Source: a virus (Duplodnaviria; Caudoviricetes). From it: 37,986 bases of DNA. Shown one piece after another: positions 1 through 12,400 of the stretch. The stretch covers positions 1 through 37,986 of the IMG/VR virus record IMGVR_UViG_3300031519_007166. One strand, 5' to 3'. Made by a program: the position numbers and the translations under genes. The notes beneath the pieces were generated by a model. It saw nothing but the letters and a program-made list of their open reading frames with translations. It was not told where the DNA came from and did not search any database. Position 1 is the stretch's first letter, and each line of letters begins with the position of its first letter.

Positions 1-687
1 AGTCGTGGTGGTAAAGTAAACAATGGTGTTTTATATGCAGAGAATGGTCTGGATGCTCCAGTGGGTCTTTCATCTTTTACTATGCCTAGTAGTTCTGTTG
101 GTAGTGGTAGTAGTGGAGGGGTAGATTTAAGTGGTCCAGTTAGTGCCTTCTCAAGCGCAGTAAGTACATTCCAACTTGCAGTTGGTAGTTTTGCAGGTGC
201 TGGGTCTTTTGCTCCTGTTGCTGCTACTCCTGCTGCTCCTATAGACTTTAGTTCTTTGGCATCTTTTAACACAAGATTTGAGGCTGGAATAAACTCTTTA
301 GGGAGTATAGATTTTAGTGTAATTAGAGTTGGAGCAAACATATTTGGATCAAGCGTTAGTGCTTTAAATGTACCTGTAACTAATTTTTCTCAGTCAGTTA
401 CAGCTTTTGCTAACTTGCTGAATCAAACGAATAGTCTAGTAAACGCTATAACTGCTATTGGAAATATAAATGGAAGAATTGAAGTACAAGGGAGCATACA
501 AATGCCAACAGAAATAACTGTTAATATAGAAGGTTTAGAGGCTGGAGCAGGAGGTTCTGTTAATGCTGAAAACCTAACATCAAGTATAATGAATTCAGTT
601 GCTGATGCTTTATCAACACAAATGCCTGGAATTGATGTAGATGGACTAAGAAATCAAGTAAATGGTACCGGAGAACAAACAGCGTAA
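1..687 (+). CDS. C-terminal end of probable tail tape-measure protein (5' partial)
   Basis: Frame is open from base 1 (SRGGKVNNGVLYAENG...), so the listed GTG start at 61 is probably not real. Ala/Ser/Gly-rich amphipathic repeats, xxGG motifs and a terminal ITVNIEG element are typical of tape-measure C-termini. Lies upstream of tail genes. Confidence 0.55.
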   Translation, partial: SRGGKVNNGVLYAENGLDAPVGLSSFTMPSSSVGSGSSGGVDLSGPVSAFSSAVSTFQLAVGSFAGAGSFAPVAATPAAPIDFSSLASFNTRFEAGINSLGSIDFSVIRVGANIFGSSVSALNVPVTNFSQSVTAFANLLNQTNSLVNAITAIGNINGRIEVQGSIQMPTEITVNIEGLEAGAGGSVNAENLTSSIMNSVADALSTQMPGIDVDGLRNQVNGTGEQTA

Positions 688-717
688 ATTTTAAACTTTA
701 CTAAAAAGGTAGAAACA

Positions 718-3543
718 ATGGCTAAGAAAATTTTTAATTATAACGTAAGAGCTCAAAGTGACCTGAATATTAGTCCAGGAACTTCGTCTTTTCTGGTCAG
801 TGATGTTTCTAATTTTAGAGCTTTTAGTACTGTTGTTTCCACAACTCAGAACGAGGAAGATAGGTTTACATACAAACTTACAGCAAGTAATAATACATTA
901 AAGTGGGAATATGGAGTAGGATATATTACTACCGTTGGTGGACAATCTACATTTAATAGAGAAACCATACATTCTTCCAGTAATAGTAATGCTAAAGTGT
1001 CTTTTTCTAGTGACGGAAATTTAGTAGTAGATTTAATTGATAATAATCCTAATTTTGTTAATACAGATAGAATCTCTTCAACCAGCACATTAGATAATGT
1101 TAGCAGTACTTATTTTATAGATGCAGCATCAAATGTCACACTTAATCTTCCAGATATTACCATAGAGTCTGCTCAAATTGGTCTTACTATTACTTCACTA
1201 AGTGGCTCTGAAACAGAACGGGCTAATGCTGTTACTATTACTCCTTCAGGTTCTAATACAATTAGCAGTGGATCTAGCTATGTTCTTACTAAGAAAAATG
1301 ATTTTGTAAGAATTGTATCTGATGTTACCAATACCAATTGGATAGTTTTAGATCCTATTTCTGACACTGCAGCTTCTGCTGGTATAGATGGAGCTATTCA
1401 AATAGCTAGTGGAAATGTATTAGGTAGTGATACATCTCTTAATTTTTCTAATAATACTTTATTTATAGGAGGTACTGGAACTACTAATTCACCAATTCAA
1501 CTCTCTTCAAACGGCAGTACTTTTAATGCTTTAAGTGGATCTTTAGACTTTGCTATTCATAGTACAGGCTCTCCAAATACATTCTTTGTCGATGGCTCTA
1601 CTAATAAAGTAGGGTTAAAAACCAATCTCCCATTAGACGCATTAGATGTTCATGTGACTGGTTCTGAAGGAGTAACTGTTACAACTACAGGCAGCAATGG
1701 AATTCCTTCTATGACTGTTAAAAATCTACACCCAAGTTTTGTAGCTGGTGATGATATCGGACATATTAATTTTGTAGCTCTTGATAGTGCTGGTTTTAAT
1801 AATACATATGCAAGAGTGGTCTCTGAAGCTATTGATAAAACAGCAGGCTCAGAAGATGGTCTTTTAAATTTACAAATATCATATAATGGTAATCTACAAA
1901 CTGTTGCACAACTTAGTTATGACGATGTAAATATTGGCACTAGTAATTCTGTTACAGGTGGAGTAGTTATCGGTTCTAGTAATACTAATAAAGGTCAAAA
2001 TGTTGTATTAGGATATTTTTCAACTAATTGTGGTACTAGCAGTGTTTCGATAGGAAACTCTAATACTATTCATAGTGGTTCTTTCGGTGGTGTTATCGGT
2101 AAAAATCACGCCATTACAGGATCGGACGTTTGGGTATTTGGAGGCTCAGGGGCTAATATAACAGATACAAATAGTGTATATCTATATTCAAATAATAACA
2201 ATTATATTCAATTAAAATCAGACCAACCCAATAGAGCTTGTATTTATGTTGATAGTACAGGAACTAATTTTGATATTAAAAATACCAGAGTTTCTACTGT
2301 TGGAGTACAACATAAACAAGCATTTATGTTTACTAATAATAGTGGAATATTGGTTACAGGTGTTTCTTTTGGAGTTGAAGTTATTGATCCTACTAACAAT
2401 TCAGAAGACACCAAGTTTGTAGTTGATGTTATGAGCTCTGGGGTTCAAACCAATGTATTAAGTGTAGATGGTAACAGTGTAAACATTTCCAATATAACAG
2501 GTTTAGACAATTCTGTATTAGTAGGTAGTAATCTTGCTATTACAGGAGCTGGGGATAATGTTACAGTTGTTGGTCTAACTAATACTATATCGAATAATAG
2601 TGGTGAAATTACTATTGTGGGATATAACAATGATCTTACCAGTTCTGGCAATGATCACATTGTTGCAATAGGAACAAATAATGATGTTGATGAAAATTAT
2701 TCAACTACTATAGGTACTTCAAATAGAAATAGTGGACTATATTCTGCAGTCGTAGGATATAATAATGGTGCTTATGGTGAAAATGTTTCAGTAGTGGGCG
2801 TTAATAATGATGCTTCTGGTAATAATATTGGTATTGTTGGATATAATAATAATGTAGATAATAATCAAGTATATATACTTGGACAGGGCAATACTTCTGC
2901 TTATACAGGAGTACAAATGATTGGTAGTAGTATTACTGCTGCTGCTGATAATACTACATACATTAAAAACACTAATGTTGTTATTGATGCAACGAATGTT
3001 ACACTTACTGGAACTACTGTTAATATTGATGCTACGTTTGGTGGTACTGGTTTAAATAATTTTATACAAGCTGGTAATAATATCAGTTTATTAAATAATA
3101 ATTCTAACTACTTAGCTAGTGGTGGCAATGTTAGTGATTTAACTAATGATAGTAGTTATGTTACTACTGGAGATAATATTAGTAATTTAACTAATGATGT
3201 AAACTTTTTAACTGTACCTAAAATTACTTTTGATATCGAAGGTAATCACTTAAATACACAATATCACTTTAACGGTGGTGGTACACAAGGTAGTGGTATT
3301 GATCAAAACCCAACAATCTATGTATATAGAGGTTTCACTTATGCTTTTAGCAAAACACAGAATGCTCACCCATTCCAAATTAAACAGGATGGATCTGTTT
3401 ATACTAGTGGATTAAGCAACAACACTGGAGTTACTAGCGGTATTGTTACTTGGAACGTTAGGCATGACGCACCAGAAAGTGGTTTATATTATATTTGCAA
3501 CTCTCATAGCGCTATGAGTGGTAATTTTATTGTAGCTAAATAA
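718..3543 (+). CDS. Tail fibre / receptor-binding protein (941 aa) with YadA-head-like beta-roll repeats and C-terminal cupredoxin-like domain
   Basis: N-terminal phage fibre-anchor-like motif (WEYGVG...NRETIHSSSN), FVDGSTNKVG fibre motif, periodic xxIGxxN repeats, C-terminal HPF...LYYICNSHSAM. AAGG precedes the ATG. Confidence 0.7.
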   Translation: MAKKIFNYNVRAQSDLNISPGTSSFLVSDVSNFRAFSTVVSTTQNEEDRFTYKLTASNNTLKWEYGVGYITTVGGQSTFNRETIHSSSNSNAKVSFSSDGNLVVDLIDNNPNFVNTDRISSTSTLDNVSSTYFIDAASNVTLNLPDITIESAQIGLTITSLSGSETERANAVTITPSGSNTISSGSSYVLTKKNDFVRIVSDVTNTNWIVLDPISDTAASAGIDGAIQIASGNVLGSDTSLNFSNNTLFIGGTGTTNSPIQLSSNGSTFNALSGSLDFAIHSTGSPNTFFVDGSTNKVGLKTNLPLDALDVHVTGSEGVTVTTTGSNGIPSMTVKNLHPSFVAGDDIGHINFVALDSAGFNNTYARVVSEAIDKTAGSEDGLLNLQISYNGNLQTVAQLSYDDVNIGTSNSVTGGVVIGSSNTNKGQNVVLGYFSTNCGTSSVSIGNSNTIHSGSFGGVIGKNHAITGSDVWVFGGSGANITDTNSVYLYSNNNNYIQLKSDQPNRACIYVDSTGTNFDIKNTRVSTVGVQHKQAFMFTNNSGILVTGVSFGVEVIDPTNNSEDTKFVVDVMSSGVQTNVLSVDGNSVNISNITGLDNSVLVGSNLAITGAGDNVTVVGLTNTISNNSGEITIVGYNNDLTSSGNDHIVAIGTNNDVDENYSTTIGTSNRNSGLYSAVVGYNNGAYGENVSVVGVNNDASGNNIGIVGYNNNVDNNQVYILGQGNTSAYTGVQMIGSSITAAADNTTYIKNTNVVIDATNVTLTGTTVNIDATFGGTGLNNFIQAGNNISLLNNNSNYLASGGNVSDLTNDSSYVTTGDNISNLTNDVNFLTVPKITFDIEGNHLNTQYHFNGGGTQGSGIDQNPTIYVYRGFTYAFSKTQNAHPFQIKQDGSVYTSGLSNNTGVTSGIVTWNVRHDAPESGLYYICNSHSAMSGNFIVAK
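3061..3210 (+). repeat. Three tandem 16-aa (48-nt) coding repeats, consensus GxN[IV]SxLxN[DN]xx[YF]
   Basis: AGNNISLLNNNSNYL / SGGNVSDLTNDSSYV / TGDNISNLTNDVNFL; DNA 'atttaactaatgat' is repeated at 48-nt spacing. Confidence 0.85.
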
Positions 3544-3556
3544 TAAGGAAGTCTTC

Positions 3557-4996
3557 ATGGCTATAAGTTTTTCAGGACTAACATTTTACAGACCTTCTGC
3601 TACAGTAACCGTAGAAGTTTTTAAAGACGATAATGGAGCTATTATTGGTAAAAAAGATATTGTAACAATAACAGATAAAGTAACTAGTAATGATGTTTCT
3701 GATTTAGGCCAGATTGCAAAAAACGTATTAGACAAATCTAAAAATCCAATTCGTACATCAGTTTCATATCCTACGAATAGTAGTACTTTCGGTAAAATTA
3801 AGTCTGTAAGTTTTTCTGAAGAATCAAACTTTATAGATCTTTTAGTATATACTGTTGTTGTTGAAGCAGAGTCTATCAGTCCTCTTAACAATCCTGTTTA
3901 TGGGTTTACTAATCAAAACAGCGTTAGAAGTTTTAGCGTTTCAGAAAAATTTGATATACCATATGATTTAGAATCTACTTCAATTTTAGGAGATACATAC
4001 TACAACAAAACTGCTACATATACATCTTCTGTATCTATACGTTGTGAAGGAAGAGGAAATAAAACGGCTAATCAAAATAGTTTAGATGTACTAAAATCTT
4101 TTCTAACTAAAACTGTAAGCGTAGAAAGATTAGGAACACTTGCACAAGATTACGATCCTATATTGTCTAGTATTACTAAAAATGAATCTAGTGATGGTAC
4201 TATTTCAGCAACTGTTACTGTTTTATATTTACCCAATGATAGTACCGCAAAAGTTTTATATACACAACAGATTGTTCAAAACCAAATACAAATACCCGAA
4301 GCCTATAATACTAGAAGTTATACGATGACTTTTCAAGGTCTTGCGTCCCCGACCTATGATAGTAATCATGATTTCGTAACTCCTGCAAGCAAATTTGATA
4401 TTGCACAATCAGCAGGAACTTCTTTTTTAGCTTTGTTAACTGGGAAAAATCATCCTACTACAGACACTTTTAACGGTAAAATTAATGAAGAAGTTTGTGT
4501 ATTACAATATCCAGCGATAGACGCTTCATCAAATTGTTATAATACTAGAAAAGTTAGTATACAACAAAACCAATCAGATGGAACATACACTATTAATATT
4601 GAACAAAGCACTGAACCATTCAATTGTGATTTAGATGGATATCAGGTAGATTATAATATTGTTAAAAAAGAAGACCAACAAGTACATGTTGAGGTGCATG
4701 GTTGGAATAACCCAAATAGTATTATTCAGGATATGCAAACTAAAAAAGCAGATACACACGAGTATACCGTTTCTGTAACAGATTTATCTAAATGTGGAGG
4801 GGGTAGTGCTTTGGTGGATAAAGCTAAAGCTAAGTTTTTAGAGTTAGCGGGTTTTCCAGTTGACGTATCTAGTCCAAGCAACCAGATAATATCTTCTAGT
4901 ATAAATTTATCTGCTAATAAATGTTCATTAAAAGCTACGGTACATAAAGGCGTTGACGGTAGAATTATTGGTGACCCAGGCAATCCAGGAGTTTAA
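3557..4996 (+). CDS. Hypothetical virion (tail/baseplate) protein, 479 aa, paralog of next gene
   Basis: Long ORF with AAGGA RBS, beta-strand-rich, in the tail module; colinear similarity to 4999..6429. Confidence 0.55.
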   Translation: MAISFSGLTFYRPSATVTVEVFKDDNGAIIGKKDIVTITDKVTSNDVSDLGQIAKNVLDKSKNPIRTSVSYPTNSSTFGKIKSVSFSEESNFIDLLVYTVVVEAESISPLNNPVYGFTNQNSVRSFSVSEKFDIPYDLESTSILGDTYYNKTATYTSSVSIRCEGRGNKTANQNSLDVLKSFLTKTVSVERLGTLAQDYDPILSSITKNESSDGTISATVTVLYLPNDSTAKVLYTQQIVQNQIQIPEAYNTRSYTMTFQGLASPTYDSNHDFVTPASKFDIAQSAGTSFLALLTGKNHPTTDTFNGKINEEVCVLQYPAIDASSNCYNTRKVSIQQNQSDGTYTINIEQSTEPFNCDLDGYQVDYNIVKKEDQQVHVEVHGWNNPNSIIQDMQTKKADTHEYTVSVTDLSKCGGGSALVDKAKAKFLELAGFPVDVSSPSNQIISSSINLSANKCSLKATVHKGVDGRIIGDPGNPGV

Positions 4997-4998
4997 TA

Positions 4999-6429
4999 AT
5001 GTTAACAGTATCTGGTTTTGACTTAAATCCTACCCCAGCATTTTCTGTTACTCCAGAATATTATTATTATGGAAATGAAATTCTTGGTGGTATATTTGTT
5101 ATGAGTATCCAAGGAACTTATTATGCTGATAACCCTACAGATTACAACGATACTGTCGAAAGTTTTTTAAATAAAAACGGAGAGTGTGTTTTAGTTTCTA
5201 CGGATCATGTGTGTGGTACTGCTCCTTTAGAAGACTGCATAGGTAATATTCAATCTGTTGAGATTTCTCCAGCAGGATCTGTTCTTGATTTTACATATAG
5301 TATGGTTATTCATATTAGTAAAGGTGAAACAAAAAATATATTAATAGAAAGGTCTACTAATTTACCTGGAGATTTAAACGGCCAAGAACTAAGTGATGTT
5401 ATAATTAGTAGTTATTCAGAGAATGCTGATATTTCATATGATAATTCGAACATGTTTGTTGTAGCTAATAGTAGAGAGAAATTTGCTAGTGCATTTGGTA
5501 AAGTTAATATAAGTGTTAATATTGGATTAGTAAATTCAGACATATGTGATGATAAAAATACTGATTACAAATCAATAATAAGAAATCTTTTAATTAAAAG
5601 AGTTAACAATATAGTAAATGAATTAAAAATTAATAGTCCCAATAATAAACTTTCTTTGAATGTACCATCTACTGCAACATTAAGAGGTTCTAATGGTGGC
5701 TTGTCTATTTCTGAACTTAATGGATCTGCTACTTTTGAATTATTTATTTGTCCTTTTCAGACAAACAATAAAGCTATTATTACAGTAAGTACGACATCTG
5801 AAACAAATCAAATAACCAAACAAAATAAGGTATCTCTTAGAGGTACTATTCAAGGATTAGCAAATTCTAAACAGTTTTTTCAAAAAAGTGGAGGCAATTT
5901 AGCTAATGCCCAATCTGCTTTAAATTCATTAAAAACAGTCAAACCTGAAACAATAACTTCTGTACTAGATGGTAGTTGTGGAACTACTACACCACTAGCT
6001 GTAGACACTTGTTTTGGCCTAGTTAAAAGCTCTACTACAGAAGAAACAAACAATGGAAGAATACAGTTCGAATTAGTGTATGAAGATATAGAAAAATGCA
6101 TTAAACAAGGATATAGAATAATTACAGAATATGAGGAAAAACCACCCATTAAAAAATATGTGGAACATTTAATACCGGGTAGAACAGATACTTTAGTTTA
6201 TTATAGCGATAGTTTATCAGCAAAAAGATATAAACTCACAGTTAAAACAAGGATAAAAAGTTGTGAAGATGATATCAGCATTATAAAAACTGCTGTAGAT
6301 GTAGAATTTGAAACACAAAAAACCGAATTTAATTTAGGAATCGCTAGCAATTTGATTACTCTTTCATCTATTATAAACGAAGGAAAATACAGTTATGCTA
6401 AAACAGAGGAATATATAGAATGTCTATAG
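4999..6429 (+). CDS. Hypothetical virion (tail/baseplate) protein, 476 aa
   Basis: AGGAG RBS, 2 nt after the previous stop, beta-rich, similar to the preceding gene. Confidence 0.55.
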   Translation: MLTVSGFDLNPTPAFSVTPEYYYYGNEILGGIFVMSIQGTYYADNPTDYNDTVESFLNKNGECVLVSTDHVCGTAPLEDCIGNIQSVEISPAGSVLDFTYSMVIHISKGETKNILIERSTNLPGDLNGQELSDVIISSYSENADISYDNSNMFVVANSREKFASAFGKVNISVNIGLVNSDICDDKNTDYKSIIRNLLIKRVNNIVNELKINSPNNKLSLNVPSTATLRGSNGGLSISELNGSATFELFICPFQTNNKAIITVSTTSETNQITKQNKVSLRGTIQGLANSKQFFQKSGGNLANAQSALNSLKTVKPETITSVLDGSCGTTTPLAVDTCFGLVKSSTTEETNNGRIQFELVYEDIEKCIKQGYRIITEYEEKPPIKKYVEHLIPGRTDTLVYYSDSLSAKRYKLTVKTRIKSCEDDISIIKTAVDVEFETQKTEFNLGIASNLITLSSIINEGKYSYAKTEEYIECL

Positions 6430-9400
6430 ATAAAGATAATGATGACGATAAAGACAAGAAGATAAATAAGAAGTCTTTATACGACAAAATTATGAATATA
6501 TCTGATGATGAAGATATAGATTTTGTAACTGGTGATGTTTATACTAGTTGTATTCTACATTTTCAAAAAGACTCAGGTGCTCCCGGATCATTTAATACTA
6601 TAATTGTTACAGCAGATATAGATTATCCTACAGGACAATATTGTGGTTTTATATATGGCCAGTCACAGCAATCGGATAGTAATGGCAATATGGATGACGA
6701 ATTCAACCCTTTAAATCCTGTTTTGTATGGTTTTCCATCATTTATAAGTTTTGCTAATGGAAGTGGGCCTTATGGCTCAGAATATGGATATACTCATATT
6801 ACAATAAACCCAGGCATTATAGATTACGAATCTTATGCAACTGGAACAGCAAGTCGTACTTTCTCAGGAGAGCTAAGATATCCCATTGACCCTTGTTCAA
6901 GCACTTTTCTCCAGAACAACTGGGTCCCTTTGTATATTGTTCTTAATAATACAAATGAAACTGGAGTTCTTTCTACGAGTGAAGATAGCACACCTAAATG
7001 CTGCATTCCGTCACAAGAGTCTGACGGAACTTCTACTATTGTCGGAACAGCCACTATTTCCGATCCAGATAATTATGATCCTTTTAGAAATTATCCAAGT
7101 GGTAATATTACTTTAGGTGGAAATTATCCTGAGCGCTTTTATATTAGTAATGTAGCTACTGGAGTAAACGGGGACGTAACAGTAACAGTAGGAATTCATG
7201 CAGAATATGTAGTAACTCCTTATTGCACGCAAACACAATCTGTATTAATACATGCAACAGACGCATTGGGGATTAGTACAAATACAGGAGCCTTGGGTTA
7301 CAATCCCCAGGACCTGGGATATTATCAATATGATCTTTGTGTAGTTGATAAATTGCGCAATGATGCTCCAGCCGGTACTGAAGTAGGACATGTTACTCTT
7401 ACCAGAGCCCTGGGTGGTTACTGCGATTATTCCGATGCGTTTCCGGCTAATATAGAGAATAGAAACAGTGCACAGGATTATAATAATAATTTTTACACAG
7501 ACCCAACCATTGCATATAGCGGTGTAAGAGTACCTATATTTTGGAACGCCCCAAGCAATACCCTCGGCAATCTTTCTGCTGGAACAAATGTTGCAGGCGA
7601 TATAAAGTTCTCCCATGGTGGCTTTAATCTTCCTGGCTTCAATAATTTTACATGTTGTGGTTTGAGGGAGTATGTTATATTAGGAATAGAAATGGAAGAT
7701 CCTCCTGAACCTTTACTAACAGGAGTAGGTCCTAGAATACCTTTCAGTGGGGGTTTTGGTAATGCGGGAAATTCTTATGCGGAACGTTTAAGTAGTTCAA
7801 AGTTTGCTATCTTTCCTAGAAAAACAGGAAATTTAAACGGAGGATCTAATACTAAAGATTATTGGGCTTCTGAAGATCAATACTTTTATATTTATACTAC
7901 AGGTCAATCAGAACTTAGTGGTGTTGTAAATCCGGCTACAACTTTAAATATTGGAAATGCTGTAGGTGTCGATTATGATTATGGTCATATTTTAGTAAAT
8001 TATAGTGGTGATTCTAATTCTAATAGATTTTATAATTACTCTTTGACAGGAGCATCTTTTACAGAAGAAACATTTTTAAGTAGTGGTTTGAGTCAGATTA
8101 TAGATTTAGAATATTATGGCATGACTCTTATATTGGGTTCTGGAGAAGCCTATCTCTATAATGTCGAAAGTCAAACAGAAGCTGCAATTACATATAATTT
8201 GCCTTCTGCTATGACAGGACAGGTTGTTCAGCTTACTGGATCACCATCAGTTCGTTATTTATTTCCTGTAGGCACTTATGAACCAGCACATTGTAGTTAT
8301 CCCTTAATTGTGTCGGGCATAGGTACGACTATAGCTGGATCATCATCACCTAGTATTAATACCGGAGTTCATACCTCAGGGTCTGAGACTATCAAAGGTT
8401 TTGTTTATAGCAATAATAATAAGGCAGATATTGTAAGTGCTGGTAATAAGATTGTTGTAGGATCTGTTGATTCAGGAACTGGCGTTCTGTATATTATTGA
8501 TAAATCTAATCCAAGTAATGTGGTTAGACACGAGCCACCTGGAGGTATAGATAGAAGAAGATTACAACATATTAGTCTCGAAACCAGCACGACGAGCTGT
8601 GGAGATGATGATAAAATCTTTTTTGCTTCACATGTTACTGGTGAAGCCAGTTATTTATACAATATTGCAACAAGTGGAGGATCTGATGTAGATACTCATG
8701 GTTCTATAATTAAACAAATAATTCCTCCTTATACAATAGGTACTGCTGGTACTGGGGGTAGAAGTTTCTTGTTGGCTGGTGATAGTGGCGAACAGTCTGG
8801 AATTTTACTAGACAATAATACTCTCCAAACAGAAATTTTAACTTTTAAATCTGGAGTTGATACTCCCTCTGGTTTACATCAATATTCTGATACAATTGCT
8901 TTAGGCGATACTTTTTATGCTATTCCTAAATATACTCAAAATTGTTTTCCAAGTGGTAATATTATTGGTTTTACCTCAAATACTGTAGGTCCAACAGGTA
9001 TAGAAATAAATGGAGATGGCGTTCTTAAAATAGACGTTTTTGGTGAATCCGGTATTTTCGAACAAACTACTACTGAACTCACAGGAGTTTTAAATTATAA
9101 TATTGTAGGAGATCATTTTAAGCATGGTAATACAGTAGCTTTATCTGGAGATCCTATATTTATGGCTTCTGGTACATGTAGCCACGGATCTAGCAGTGGT
9201 TTAATCTACATAAAACCTGGAGTTGTCTTAGACTTTGAAACTAAAAATACTTATACTGGTAGTATTAGTGGGTATGATCCTTTTCTTGGAAGTCCTTATG
9301 TAAGTACTGACTTTGTTGTTAATATTTTAAACGTAGATGATCCACCTACGGGTATATTTTTATCTGGCAATTTCCCCATATTTAATTCTGTATCAACAGT

Positions 9401-12400
9401 AGAAATTACTGGCAATAACACGATTACGGGAACTGTTAATCAGAATCATAATTTTGGAGGATCTGATTTAAAGATTCTAGACTTTACAATTCTAGATGCA
9501 GACACTACTAGCATTAATACTAATCTTGTAGAACTAAGCGGTACAAATGCTTCAGATTTTTATGTTGCAAATCTTCTTGAATCCGGAATAATACAAACTG
9601 GAGAATTATATTTAAAACAAAGTGTTTCTTTAACTGGATTTCCGCAAGCTCAAAAAGAAGTAATTATTTTATCCAAAAAGAGTGGTACTAGTATTAATAC
9701 TGCTACTGGTATATTTCTTTTAGATGTATTAGACGTTAATGAAGCTCCCGACATTAGTATAGTTACTGGTACGGTCTGTGTAAGAGATATAGAAAGTACT
9801 AATCAATTAACTGCTACTATATCTGGAACTGATCCAGATAATGTTACAGATATTTTTAGACAGCACCAGTATTCTTTACAAGGGGCACAAGCCTCTAGAT
9901 TTCAGCTTCAAAATATAAACACTGGAACTCAACCATCTACAGCTGATTTATATTTATTAGCAGGAAACACAACCACAAGCACAGTTGATGTTGTCATTAG
10001 AGATATGAATGCTAATGGTTTATCTGTTACTGGTTCTTTTAGTATTACTCCACAAGACCCCATAACATTAGCATCTCCTACTACAAGTTGTTTTCTGTCT
10101 ACTATTCCACTAAACACTGCTTCAGGGGCATTATTAGGATACGCAACTTTTTCTTCTGGAAATATTGGAGCTACTTCTCCATGTACAGGATGGAGTTCAT
10201 TTACACTGTCTCAAAACGATACTAATGAAGCTATTGCGTTTGATACAGGATCAACAAATCCCTTTTCACATATTAAAGCTACCTGGCGTCCTCCATCAAT
10301 TTTTGGAGCAGGATCTATACTTGATGGCAATCTATCTGTTAACCATGATACTTTTAATGTTGTTGGTACAGATAAATGTTGTGGTATTACAGGTGAAGTT
10401 CCCACTACCTATTTAACTATAGGCCCAGCCTATGTGCCATACTTAACTGGTGTTGGACCAACATTACCGTTTAGTGGAGGTGCAGGCAATGTAGAACTTT
10501 CTTATGCAGAGTCTTTATCTTCTGATAAGTTTGCTATATTTCCTAGAGCTTCCGGAGGAGCTTCTGAAGATCAATATTTTTATATGTATACTGTTGGAGA
10601 GGTGGGTTTAACAGGAGTAGTTCATCCATCTGTCACACTAGATATCAAGCAGGGTGTTGCTTTTACTGGTGATGGTGGACACGCCTTATTGTCATATAGC
10701 GGAGATTCTGATAATACAAGATTTTATGATTATTCACTAACAGGAAATAATTTTACAGCACAAACATTTTTAAGTAATGGATTAAGTCAAATAATTAATC
10801 TTAATGATAGAATGGCTTTAATTATTGGGACTGGATCAGCATCTATTTATGACGTAGCTACAGCACAAAATGCTTCAGTTACATATAACCTTCCTAGTAA
10901 TATAACAGGACAAGTGTCTGTTGTTTCAGGAGCTGGTACCGATTATTTAATTTTCCCGTTAGGTTCCTATGTTCCTGCTGAATTTAATTATCCAGCAGTA
11001 TTAAGTGGTGTCCATGCAACTGACATTAGTAGCACATCAGCTTCTTTAAATACAGGTGTAAATCTTGCTAATTCATATGCTATTAGTGGACATGTGCATA
11101 GTTACGATAATAGAGCAGATATTGTAGAAACAGATACTCAAGTAATTATAGGGTCTGTACAAAATAGTAACAATGGAGTTTTATATTTTTACGATAAGTC
11201 TACTGGTGCGATTACCTCTCATGATCCTACAGGATTAGTAGACAGAAGAAGATTACAAGTTGTTAGAAGTGGTTGTGCTGTCTTATATGCCTCACATGAT
11301 GTAACAGGACAACATTTTATATGGGACACTGTTATATCTAGTGGTCATTTTATTGATTCTTCAGGTGTTGTAGAACGAGTAGCCCTTAGCACTACAGAGC
11401 ATCGTAGCTTTTTGCTGGGCGAGCATGGAACTTCTGGTACTATACTAAATAATATTGATTACACATCTTCTGATTTAACTTTTGATTCATTAGGTGAGTA
11501 TTCAGACATCATATCAAAAAGTGGTATATTTTACGCTATTCCTAAACACCCCTATGGTGATTTTCCTAGTGGTAATATTATAGGTTTTTCCACAACCACT
11601 GTTGCATCAACAGGGATAGAATTATTGGGTTCTTTTGCTGTAAACGAAACTGTTGTTTCAGGATCAGCTAACCAAGCTACTACTGGATTAATTGAAATTG
11701 GGACATATTCTATATTAGATGATGAATTTAGTGGTGGTAGCATAGTAGGGTTTCCTGCAAATTTAGGTGAAGATCAAAATGTTTTTACAGTTATTGGTAC
11801 TACTACAGGGACTATATTTTTAAAGTCTGGTGTGTTTTTAGATTATGAAACTAAAAACAGCTATACTGGTTTTATAACTGGGGTTGATCCTTTTCTTGGT
11901 GGTACTCCTTTTATTGAAAGTTTTGTTTTAAATATTAATGATGTTGATGAACAGCCTACATCAATTAGTATGGTTAGTAGTTCAGGTCTTATTAGTCAAA
12001 GCATTAATACATCCACAGGTTTATTTTTAGAAATTTTTAATATTACTGATCCAGATTCTACTGGTAATACTAATCTAGTAGATTTAGCTGGCGCTGATGC
12101 TGCTTCTTTTTTTATTGGAGGAATAAATCAAGAAACCCAAGTAGGTGGTTTATATTTGGCTACGGGTATTGCGCTGGATTCATCTATACAAGACACTTAT
12201 ACTGTTAATTTATTAGTAAGACAAAGCGGAACAGTTGATTACACAGACATTACAACATTTACTTTGCATGTTCTTGATGATCCTCCTACTGGTATAACTT
12301 TTACGCCCACATCTATTTCTATACTAGAAACATATAATTTTGGTGATACCAATCTTAAAGTTGCAGATTTTGTTCTTTTAGATCCTGATACCACTATTAA

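Noticed and set aside
7330-12290. Diversity-generating retroelement TR/VR pair
   Set aside because: The copies are long, in-frame and diverged at all base types; no reverse transcriptase in the window.
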